NCBI GenBank assembly: GCA_043228905.1
Contig: JBHGNT010000020.1
Coordinates: 2,542,001 to 2,606,000, forward strand
Source of the DNA: Azolla caroliniana
Lineage: Eukaryota > Plantae > Polypodiophyta
Direction: 5' to 3'
DNA: 64,000 nt
Shown: in pieces, positions 1 to 10,524 of the stretch
Position numbering within the stretch: position 1 is the first letter of the stretch
How the letters are laid out: the number at the start of each line of letters is the position of its first letter
Program-made: the position numbers and the translations under genes
Notes under the pieces: model-generated
Database searches by the model: none
The model's input: the letters and a program-made list of their open reading frames with translations, nothing else
What the model was told of the DNA's origin: nothing

Positions 1-221
1 CATAACACAATTGACTTACCACAAAGCCAAGTCATTTCTTAAAACATTGTATTTTCATCATTATACTTTTTCATATGTAAATTCTCGTACATGAGAGCTT
101 GATTGAATGACATGGTTATCATGCATTACATGTAATGCATGAGCGCCAAATGGCAAACATGTATCACATGCATTACATGCATGTCTTGCACCCTCACATG
201 CATCATATGCATGGGTGCATC

Positions 222-327
222 TGTCAGGAATAGTACTAAAGCAGAGAGAGAATTAGTACTAAAGAAGAGAAGTACTATTAGTACTAAGAGAACGGGACTG
301 TGTAAGATTCCCGAGAGAGAAAGAGAG

Positions 328-364
<37 letters not shown>

Positions 365-663
365 GATAACAGCTAATATATTATGTGAAGGATAAGTACA
401 AAGTGGCTAAGAGGCTTAAGATTGGCGTTGAACCAATTTGGTTCAACATAATGCCTAGTACCTTCTTTTATAGTGTTCTCAAGAGTAATCCTGAAGCTTC
501 TAGAATGTTCCAGAGAAATTTAGAATAGACATTAATTTCCTATAATAAAACTTAAATGAAAATAATATCCTACATATTACAAAAGATGATATAATGGTCA
601 AGAGCTCGACCCATATAACATAAGGTCATGGGTTCGAGTCTTGAGTCTTGCCATATCATGACA
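222..663 (-). mobile_element. Solo LTR
   Basis: TGTCAGGA...TCATGACA termini, 5-bp TSD gcatc/acatc (1 mismatch), TATAAAAAG on the minus strand near 463-472, (GA)n tract. Confidence 0.8.
580..653 (+). other. Degenerate tRNA-like module inside solo LTR
   Basis: A-box-like TGATATAATGG (587-597), B-box GGTTCGAGTC (631-640), tRNA-like spacing, ends in CCA. Confidence 0.5.
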
Positions 664-703
664 ACATCTATAAAAGAGTGGAGGAAAAAGAAAAGGATGA
701 TAA

Positions 704-3443
704 ATGAATGAATCGAGGAAGCTATGTACTGAATCAAAGAAAGTCGGAGAGAATTTCGGAGAGAATTCAACTGTAGATACACACCAGAACAAAACGGTGT
801 GGCTGAGATTAAGAATCGGTCAATCGTCGACGCGGAAAAGGCAATGTTTGAGGAGAAAAGCATGCCCAAATTCTACTAGGATGAGGCGGTCAGGACGGTT
901 GTCTACATCCAAAACCGGATCAGGGAGAAGGTGTCAACAAACGAGTTGTATTTCGGGCGGAAGCCGAATTTAAGGCACCTTCGGATATTCGGTAGCATAG
1001 CATATGTGCATGTACTAGATGAGAAACGGAGGAAGTTGGACCCGAAGTCGAAGAAATGCATACTAGTCGGCTACTCTCATGAACAGAAAGGGTATAAATG
1101 TTATAACCCCCCAGACTAAGCAAGTCCGAGTAAGCCGAGATGTTGAGTTTGATGAATTGGCATCTTGGTATACTCTACCGACTCCGACCCGATTCCGGAG
1201 GATGAGGCCAGTGAGCCCGAAACGATCTGGGTAGAAGGTGAAGAAGACTTCCGTATTGTAGAAGAGAGTCTGATCTCGTTCCGGTTGAGTGGGCCAAACG
1301 AGCGACTGAGTCGGCAGGACCAATCAATTGAAGAGTCGGCGAGTAGTGGAGACTCGACCATGCTTTCCCCGTGCAAGGAACTGAGGAGACGGTTCACATG
1401 CAAAGAAAAAGGGAAGAAGAAGATGTCAGAATACGCCACTGACACAAAACAGTCGAATCGGAGTGAATCCGACTCCGGAGACAGACATTCGGAAGAGAAG
1501 TCCGAGTCGGCCGAGTTAGCCAAGAAATCGGGAGACCAGAAATTGCATTGATCGACCCGTCAAATGGTATGGGTATAACGAGTACATGGCGCATCACTAT
1601 GTGTACATGAAGAAAGTAGCAGAAGTGCGTGAGCCGGAGAGCTACGCAGAAGTGGCGAAGGACGCACACTGGCCTGCTGCTATGGAGGAAGAAATGCGGG
1701 CACTCGATGCCAAGGACACATGGAACCTAGTTGACCCTCCCCGACAACGTAAACCGATCGGTTGTAAGTGGGTATATAAGGTGAAGTACAATGATGACAG
1801 TTCGGTCAACCGGTACAAGGCCCGGTTAGTGGTGAAGGAATCGACTACCATGAAACTTTTGCTCCAATAGCGAAGATGACAACGGTTCGTGTGGTGTTGG
1901 TGGTTGCCGCAAAAAGGGGGTGGCAAGTTCATCATATGGATGTGAAGAATGTGTTTCTTCAAGGTGATGTTGAAGAACAGGTCTACATGGTCCAACCCCC
2001 TGGATTTCAATCAGAGATGAACAAGTCAACAATGTGTCGCCTTAAGAAGTCACTTTATGGCCTGAAGCAAGCCCCCCATGCTTGGAATTTGAAGATCACG
2101 CACCGATTGCGTAAGATGGGGTTTGTGGCCTCAAAATCCGACTCTTCATTGTTCATCCGGAAAGGTCCGAACGGTTCAGTCTATATCTTGCTATATGTGG
2201 ATGATCTAGTAATCACCATACTGGGGCTCGATGAAATCGTCTGAGTGACGTCCCAACTGTCGGACGCATTTGAAATGAAGGACCTAGGGGACCTTCATTA
2301 TTTTCTAGGGATCGAGGTGATCTGAACCCCCGACGGCATATTGCTCTCACAACGACATTATGTGTTGAATATGTTGTACAAGTTCGACATGACGGATTGC
2401 CGACAGTCTCCACACCACTGGACCGAAACTTGAAGATATGTCCCAACTCCGGACTGACCTACAATGAGAAATGGTTCCGACAAATTGTCGGAAGTCTCAT
2501 CTACTTGACAATCACCCGACCTGACATCAGTTATCCGGTCGGAGTGATCAGCCAATTCATGTAGAAGCCGACCATGGAGCACCTTCAATGCGCACACCGA
2601 ATACTCCGGTATGTTAGCGACACTAAGGATCGGGGACTGTTATACCGACATGGTATAACCGAAAAGCTAGTTGGCTATACGGATGCCGACTGGGCCGGAG
2701 ATGCGTCGGATCGACGATCCACTTCCGGATTCATGTTCTCTATTGGTAGCGCGGTTGTTGTGTGGAGCAACAAAAAGCAGCCGATTGTGGCTCTTTTGAG
2801 CACTGAAGCTGAGTATCGGGACGCTATCGTCGCCACCTGTGAAGCCATTTGGCTTCGACGACTGTTGCAAGACCTCTGGATTGAAGTCCCGACTCCAATC
2901 CCGATCTACTACGACAACATGAGTAGCATGCAGCTAGCCAAGAACCATGTGTTCCATGCTCGGACGAAGCACATAGAAGTGCATTATCACTTTGTATGTG
3001 AGCGGGTCCTCAGCGATGAAGTCGAACTCCGGTATGTTCGGACGGATTGGCAGGTTGCTGACATCTTCACCAAACCTCTCGGCCTGGAAAAGTTGCAACA
3101 TTTTTCGGCGATGCTTGGTCTTTTGCATCTCGACAGGCCACACTTGAGGGGGAGAACTAGGACTAGGACTAATATGGGGAGAACCAATACAGAAACCGAA
3201 AAAATAGGTATTGGCACCGGACAAAGAGCCGGAGAGACAGGGGGAGACAAGAAGAAAAAGGAAGCTAAATCGATTGAAGAAGTTGGCACATCCGATAAAG
3301 TCAGAACAAACAGCAACGATAGTAGAGTCAAGAAGGATAGAGCCGACCGAAAGAAGAAGGCCAAGACCTGGACGTGGTTCGATGTCATGAAGGGTCTGAA
3401 GATTGAAGACGAATTGGAGACAGCCAATTCGGACAAGAGCTAG
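704..3443 (+). mobile_element. Degenerate Ty1/Copia pol (integrase C-terminus, RT, RNase H)
   Basis: Motifs RKLDPKSKKCILVGYS, IGCKWVYKVK...RYKARLV, LKKSLYGLKQAP, LLYVDDL, GYTDADWAG, STEAEY, RTKHIEVHYHF, QVADIFTK. Multiple stops and frameshifts. PPT-like GAGGGGGAGAA at ~3147. Confidence 0.95.
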
Positions 3444-3463
3444 AATGAATCAGAGGCACCCTA

Positions 3464-3937
3464 TGTCACAAACATGTGGAATGAGGCTAAGTACTAAGAG
3501 AGAGCGAGAGCATAAGCAAGATCACAAGATTGTGAAGGACAAGTAGACGAGGCTCAATATTAAGAGATAGCGAGAGAGAGAGAGAGAGAGCATAGACAAG
3601 AGAACAAGCAAGAGAGAGGATAGACAAATAAACAAGAACTATATATGCTTTCGTAACTGGTGTTGTTCACCTTGGTTGTAATCAAGGTGCACCCCAGTAT
3701 TTATACAAGAATGTGGAGGTATGCATGAAAGCTAGAAGACTTCTAGAGAGTGCATGAAGATGCATTCTCAAGAAGGTTCTTGAAAGTTCTAGTGATCAAT
3801 CCATAATGAAATAAGTTAATTCTTACACAATACAATAATGCATAGATGGATGTAGCTCAATTGGTAAGGTTGCCCAATATGACCAGAAGGTTATGGGTTC
3901 AAACCCCACCATTCCATGTGGCATCCTGTCTATGACA
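3464..3937 (-). mobile_element. Solo LTR inserted in the 3' region of the Copia element
   Basis: TGTCACA...TATGACA termini, TSD cccta/cccga, TATAAATA on the minus strand at ~3698-3705, GA tracts. Architecture resembles LTR 222-663. Confidence 0.8.
3846..3916 (+). other. Degenerate tRNA-like module inside solo LTR
   Basis: A-box TAGCTCAATTGG, T-arm TGGG-TTCAAAC-CCCA, partial acceptor pairing tggatg/cattcca, ends in CCA. Confidence 0.65.
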
Positions 3938-4082
3938 CCCGATTCTGAAGAGGAGCTCGATACGGAGGAGCCGAATCGATTGAAGGCCAAACGGATGAGA
4001 AGGCAACGGAAGTCGACACCGACACAGAGGAACCAACATGTCGAGACCCGTCGGAGTCGCAATAGCAAAGAAGCTGAGATGA

Positions 4083-4237
4083 GCCTTATGAGCAAATAAG
4101 CCAACCGAGAAGGTCGAGGTGCGTGGGACCGGACGGGACGAGGAGCAAGAGCCAAGCGGGCCTTATGAGCAAATAAGCCAACTGAGAAGGTCGAGGTGCG
4201 TGGGACCGGACGGAACGAGGAGCAAGAGCCAAGCGGG
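4083..4237. repeat. 77-bp tandem duplication
   Basis: gccttatgagcaaataagccaa...gagccaagcgg occurs at 4083 and 4160 with 2 differences. Confidence 0.9.
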
Positions 4238-4283
4238 AGGACGCTAGGGGGAACAGGAGGAGAGGACTGGCTACTGGCTCGGA

Positions 4284-4585
4284 TTATAACCAGTAGGCCA
4301 TTAGAGGCCTACAGATCTAGCCTAGTATGTAGGCATATTTTTGGGAGTCAGTGCCAGTCGCTTGTATGAGCATTGAAGTACTTGTCAGTACTTCTATCAG
4401 TTCGTATAAGGACTTGTATAAAAGTGCTCTCTGAGCACATTCTATGTACGAGTGTTACTATTTTGTAATAGAGTTTACTATTCTGCTCTCTCTGTCTCTC
4501 CCACTCTTTGTCTTTGTGTTTCGTAAGGTTTCCATTAAACCTGTATCTGTTTTTTTGTTGCTATCCAGATAACCGGTTTGTGATA
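4284..4585 (+). mobile_element. LTR-like segment
   Basis: TATAAAAG at ~4417 followed by a CT-rich tract and poly(A)-like signals. Termini are decayed and no clear TSD was found. Confidence 0.35.
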
Positions 4586-6545
4586 GCTTCCGCATTTAAC
4601 TTTGACCATTCAATAAAAATAATACTTATGAATATGAACTATTCTCGGGTTGGAGATACATTTGGGCCATGTACATATGGTTGCGCATGGACCACTTTCC
4701 TTTGAGATTTCACTATGTGCATCTTACATCATTGACGCCCAATCATATTCTGATAGTGCATTTTTATTGAGCTTGGTAATTGTATTATGCACCTCCTTTG
4801 GTATCATAAAGAATCTATAACACACAAGTTCTATTGGAGTAGACTCATACTTGTGAAAAGATTATTTATTGATGCTCATCTTGGCAACATGCCTTGCACA
4901 TCAAACATTAAAAAGATCATCCATGCAACACTTAATACCATTTAGATGTATAGGCAATTTATAGTCATCACGATGAGATCATGGGACATGTCTGATATGA
5001 TGGTTATATATATAATTGTTTACAATCTCATGCATAACACCTTCATTTTGTCTCACATTTACATGAAATGTGCATCCACGATGCTTTGATGGCTTGGTCC
5101 TTTGAATGCCTCTTCCACCTCTTCCTTGGTCACCTGCATGATGACAATCATACATTGTCACATATTTCCCTTTCGGGATGCCTTTCTGCAATAGTAAGGC
5201 ACATTGAAGTTACATGGTTTATTTGAATCTCAACTGGAATATCATGCGCCTTCCATGTGTCTATCTCGTTAACTTCAACGGAACTTGTAGTTGCATCAAA
5301 TTTTCCTAGATTGTGCCCAACATGTCCATTGGTGTATCCTTTTGTATTAAGTGGCAACCACATGCATGAATGACAACTTTCACTTATGAACTCGATATTC
5401 CAAGATCATGAAGTTCAATGACCCAATGTTTCTGTAATTCTGGAAGAGTATGTGTGTGTCCAAGATGAGTTGATTGAACAAGTAAATAGCTATTTGCATC
5501 CATTGTCCAACCTACGGTATTATTCTTCGATGTAGCTGATTTTTAAAGTAAATAACATTATCATTAGTCGTGTCCAGCAATTAGTCGGCTCTTTATTCGC
5601 TTCCATGCTCATAGATCGAGCAACGATCCAATGTTTACACATTTCAAAGTATCAACAATGACCTTAAGCACTCCTAATAAATCATTAACCATGAGTCCAT
5701 ATGTACCTTGATTGAAGGCATTAATATTGCCCTCAAGTTTGACATCTCTAGACTCATAGACAGGTTTAAATATGATGAAGTTTTATCGATTTTCAAAATT
5801 CTGACTAAGATATCTAGATCATTCTCTTTCGTGAAATGCAACCGTCAACAAATATCCTATTTCTTCCCTATTTTGTATTTTTACAATCACTTATAGTTAA
5901 AAGAAACTCCTTCAGATGAAGATGAATCTGTTGACTGCTCGTTCCCATAGGAACGGTATTGCGAGGAATAACATTCTCCTTTAGCCCTTTTGACCAATCA
6001 ATTTGACCCCGAAGAGGAGCTTTAACCAGTACTCTAGTAGTTTCTTGAAGACGCAGGCGTGGAGGAACCACACCGATCCATCTCAAACTTGGAGGTGAAA
6101 CTTTGCCGCAGTAACGGTACTGTAGGGGGGGCTCTACAGAAAAATAGCTCGATGCCAGGATGAAAGAAAATACAGAATGCCCTTCGTTGTTGTGATGGTC
6201 GTCTCCATCGAGAACCTCATCTAGCATATCCTTCCTTTACTACTCACTTAGTGAGAGAAAAGTACTCTACTTCCCTCTGAGGGGAAATCAATCCTAGGCG
6301 CATTCCTACCAACCCAGAATACCCTTTGATTATTTGTGGAAGCACATGAAACCCTAAACCCTATTTATTATTACTGTAATGTTCCACAATTTTCAAAATT
6401 TTGGTCTTGCACTTGAATATTCAAAAAATTTGGGGAGTTAGAAGATGTAGATAGCCAGATTAGTTTTTGACCGCGTTAGAAAAATGAGAAAATGATGTCG
6501 CCCGCCCATCATCATTGTTCGCTAATTATTTTACTCTAACCTCGC

Positions 6546-6780
6546 AAACCCTAGAAAAATTTAATTAATTCCTCCTCCACATAAAACCCTAGAAAAATGT
6601 AAATTAATTCCTCTTGCGAGAAAACCCTAGACAAATGTAAATTAATTCCTCTCGCGAAAAAACCCTAGAAAAATGTAAAGTAATTCCTCTCGCGAAAAAA
6701 CCCTAGAAAAATGTAAAGTAATTCCTCTCGCGAAAAAACCCTAGAAAAATTAAATTAAATCCTCTTGGGAAAAAACCCTA

Positions 6781-6782
<2 letters not shown>
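6546..6782 (+). promoter_or_regulatory. 38-bp tandem repeat, each unit carrying a telo-box (AAACCCTA), directly upstream of the mS26-like gene
   Basis: AAACCCTAG at 6546, 6584, 6622, 6660, 6698, 6736 and 6773, followed by (CT)n at 6785-6823 and ATG at 6836. Confidence 0.85.
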
Positions 6783-6823
<41 letters not shown>

Positions 6824-6835
6824 GCAAACGGAGCT

Positions 6836-7883
6836 ATGGCGATGGATGCAGCTTTAGTCCGTCTCAGAACCCTCCTCTGCACTCCGTCTTCTTCTTCTTC
6901 TTCTTGTCGAAGGTTTCTTCTTTTTCTTCAACCTTATGGAGCTTCTGCCCCTGCTTCTTCTTCACGGTTGATCAGTCACTCCGTTGCTCTCCTCGATGAC
7001 GCGAAAGACAGTGGGAAAGAAGCTGAAGGGGGGGCACAAGAAGAGAATTCTTCTGTCGAACTGGTCGAAGCAGAAGATAATAGTGCCAGTGGAGAGCTTA
7101 GCGTTCCTCCTGCAGTAAAAGTTCGTCCGTATGCAGAAAAGCTCAGAGAACAAATGGTTCAAAAATACCTCGCGAATCAGCCGATCCCGAAGCCTCATCG
7201 TCTCTGTCGGAGTAAACCCATGGAGGAAAAGAAGAAGAAGAATATCAGCGATTTGCACGATCTGAGAGTGGAGTACAGGAAACAGGTGTCTGATATAAGG
7301 AAGGAATATGCTAGAGAACTAGAGAGGCAGAAAGCAGCGAAAGCTACTCATGATAAGAAGCAAAGAGAGGAGATATTGAGAGCCAAAGAGGAAAGAATTC
7401 GGTTGAAGAAGGAAAAATCAAAGCTTCGCGCTATGGAAGTCGAGGCAGAAAAACAACAGATGCAGGAAGAGCTGGTAGGTGTTAGTTGTCTTTGTCGTCC
7501 ATCTTAACAAAATGAGATTAACTGAATATAAGAGATTAAAATCAAGATCTTTCTCAAATTGATGATTTTTATCATAGACCATGTCATACAAAAACAGTGT
7601 AAAATAGTAAGAAACATGGAAAGTTTGCTGCAAAATCCAAGCTACTCCATCGAGCTTAATATTTTAAATCCATCTACATGATATTAGCATGCAATAGATC
7701 ATACGACCATCATCAGATAGAGAGAACAAATGTTAGAATAGAAAACGTTAATACTGACATTAACAGATTTCAAGCATCGTGGCACTTCCTGATGCTACTC
7801 ACTGTGGTGGAGGGGAAATAGGAGGGATGTTTCTTGTGGAAAAACGTATACACCAAAAATGGGTTCCCGAAATGAGCAAGACT

Positions 7884-7918
<35 letters not shown>

Positions 7919-8510
7919 TAGAGGTGTATGTATGAGACCAAAGTATTGATGAACACGAAATGAAAGCATGCTCTGCTGTCTTTGAAGGGGTCCAAATTGA
8001 CCTTTGGGATCAAAGCATTAACGAACATGAGAGGTGAGATGAAAGAAAGGGGCCCTAAATGATTTGCAAGGTTTTCTGTCATCCTTTAAGTGCCACCTCT
8101 ATCACATCTACATATTCAACACAATTATAAGCATATTATCATTTCTCTTAGTTTTTTGTGGACAAAAATACATATATTATGATGCCATCTGGAAAATTTC
8201 TGCTAATTTCAGGTTCAAACTTAATCAAAAAATAAGTTTACCTTCTCATTTACCTTTTATTTGTTTCGTAATGTCGGTACTAATCAATATTTAATCTCTC
8301 TAATATATTGGTTTTGAAATCTGTGCTTGAAATTATCAGGCAAAAGAAACAGCTGAGAGGCGATTGTATCGAAAACAAAAAGACTTGAAAGTCGAGGAGA
8401 GGCGGCAGAGGGAAAGGGATATTATTAGACAGCAAAGTGGAGCATGGATCGATGAGGAACTTCTCGAGCAAAAAATAGTACAAGCTTTAGCAAACCCTAT
8501 TGACCTATGA
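6836..8510 (+). CDS. Mitochondrial ribosomal protein mS26-like (similar to Arabidopsis AT5G49210); exons 6836-7474 and 8340-8510
   Basis: Ser/Arg-rich targeting-like N-terminus, coiled-coil LRVEYRKQVSDIRKEYARELE, phase-0 GT..AG intron 7475-8339, exon 2 AKETAERR...RQQSGAWIDEELLEQKIVQALANPIDL*. Homology recognised from memory. Confidence 0.75.
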
Positions 8511-8724
8511 GATTTGTGGTGTTCTTTTGGCTGACAATAGTGCAAATAAGAATAATAGTCTTGTTTCCTTCAAATCTGGAGTGAGTTTGATAAAAAGTTT
8601 ACTGTTGAATTTTCTGCTTCCTTTCGTTTGGAATACCAGTATCCTTGTTTAAGCTGACGATCTAGCAAGGACATGCTGGCACAAGGTCAATATAAATCAA
8701 CCCTTGAAGTTGGCAGAAAAGTAT

Positions 8725-8994
8725 TGTGATAACATGGTTCCATTCATTTTGTCATGCAAATGCAATGGTGTTCAGATATAGTGAAGTTATTTTTGCTTCT
8801 TAACAACAGCATCGATGTTACACAGTGCAAAGGCCAATTGTAATTGTGCCTGTGTGAGGTGTGATAACATGGTTCCATTCATTTTGTCATGCAAATGCAA
8901 TGGTGTTCAGATATAGTGAAGTTATTTTTGCTTCTTAACAACAGCATCGATGTTACACAATGCAAAGGCCAATTGTAATAGTGCCTGTGTGAGG
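8725..8994. repeat. 135-bp tandem duplication downstream of the mS26-like gene
   Basis: tgtgataacatggttcc...gcctgtgtgagg at 8725 and 8860, nearly identical. Confidence 0.9.
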
Positions 8995-10524
8995 CGGTTG
9001 TATAATTCATGAGGCAATAAATGGTTGAATATGGGATCATTCAAATACCAAGTGTAGATGCTACGTGGTCCTTTATAACAACTACGTAGATTGACATCTG
9101 ACTGGAATATATCTTTGGGAGAGCTGTTAACACTCTTCTTAGTTTGCAACCAATTTATTATTATGCTGACTTTGGTTCCATATTTTGGTGTATTTGCTTC
9201 ATGAATGTGATTCTAAAGAGAAGATTATTGCTGTAGCTATAGCTATAGCCTATAATTGAAATGGTGGAATTTGGACAATTTAGCTTGTAACGAGGTTTTT
9301 GAGCCCTACATCAAGTGCCCAAATGCAATTTAAGGTATAGTACCCATTAATGAAAATTATCAATGAAGAAACTTCTTGCAAATCGTTGACCATCAATTGG
9401 CTCAACTACCAGTCTACTTGGCATTTGTGTAGCTGGAGACTGTCAAGGAAGATGCCACCATTCTTCTCCCTCCGTCCCCTGAGGCCTTGTTGCACATGTC
9501 CTGCACTTGACAAGGTTGTGACCATAAAAATGAAGACTAGTTGTCTACCGTCATCGTTTTAGATCCATGGGGATGCCCATGCCTTGGACTGCTCTGATCA
9601 CGTCCATGACTGACTTGACATTATCTGTTGAGCTGTTCGTTAATCTTCTCATTCAGACAATGCGTTCTCTAGCCATATTATAATCAAATCAAGGTCACAA
9701 GCAAGTGCATTAGAAAAATGTATATTGAAATCAAATTGGGGCATATGAGTTAAGCATATTAGAAACTGCTACAAAATATAAAACAATAGGGGTATAAATC
9801 AACATATGAGAACAAATGTTTTCTTAACAGAGGTTCTAGCGTCCGCATGTTTCAGGTAATTCAACAAGCCAAAGGGTTAATGAGCTGCTTCAATGAAAAT
9901 GCTTTTGGTCAAATCACGAACCACCATGCAGTTTCCCATTATAAATTCTAAAAATTTGACCAATTCAATCAGAGCATTCACGTGAGATGTTCACTTGAAG
10001 TATTATGTTGAGATACTATAATTGGTAAGAAAATCTGTGGAGCCATATTACTTGGGATTATCTTTACAGTTAGGATTTGTTTCAAAATGTATTTTCATCC
10101 ATTAGGGTCCCCCATGAACAATATAGCACGTGTCTAGATACATTATGGTATCCAGCAAACCATCTATACAGCGCATGCCAAGATACATTATGATATCCAA
10201 CAAAGACACTTGATGAAGCAAACATAAAATTACAAACAGCACACTCAACACATGAAAGTTAACCAACACATGAAAGTTAACCAACACATCCTTTGTAGTG
10301 ACAAAGAGCATCTCATCTATTCACTGCCAGTGTAGACTTGAAACCAACTAAACAATAGGTGAGGAAATTTTCATTTTAGCTTTTATTCGAAGTAGAAATA
10401 ATTTCAAATTTCTTTCTTACTCACCCCATTAACAGGGGATTCCGTTTCACCAACACTCATCATTTCAAAACCTTTGTATACAATGCCGTACAAGAATTTT
10501 GGAGAGCAAGAAGTCATTCTGTAG

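Larger units (their letters stand above)
1..700 (+). mobile_element. Fragment of a Gypsy LTR (same family as LTR 34870-35936, opposite orientation), interrupted by solo LTR 222-663
   Basis: The reverse complement of 1-221 aligns with ~35160-35365 (gcatatgatgcatgtgagggt..., gtttgccatttggcgct..., gataaccatgtca..., gagaatttacat). After the insertion it resumes with TATAAAAGAG (669), matching the complement of ctcttttata at 35151-35160. Confidence 0.8.

Noticed and set aside
3846-3916. Functional tRNA gene
   Set aside because: D and anticodon stems do not pair and it lies within an LTR, so it is reported only as tRNA-like.
4590-5880. Possible decayed DNA-transposon coding remnant on the minus strand
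   Set aside because: Only short Cys/Trp-containing fragments, with no diagnostic motif or termini I can support.
5868-6227. 119-aa ORF, possibly organelle-derived DNA
   Set aside because: No recognisable homology; needs a BLAST search.
6546-6782. Regularly spaced repeats suggestive of CRISPR or telomere
   Set aside because: No unique spacers, eukaryotic context, and single telo-boxes rather than contiguous (CCCTAAA)n.
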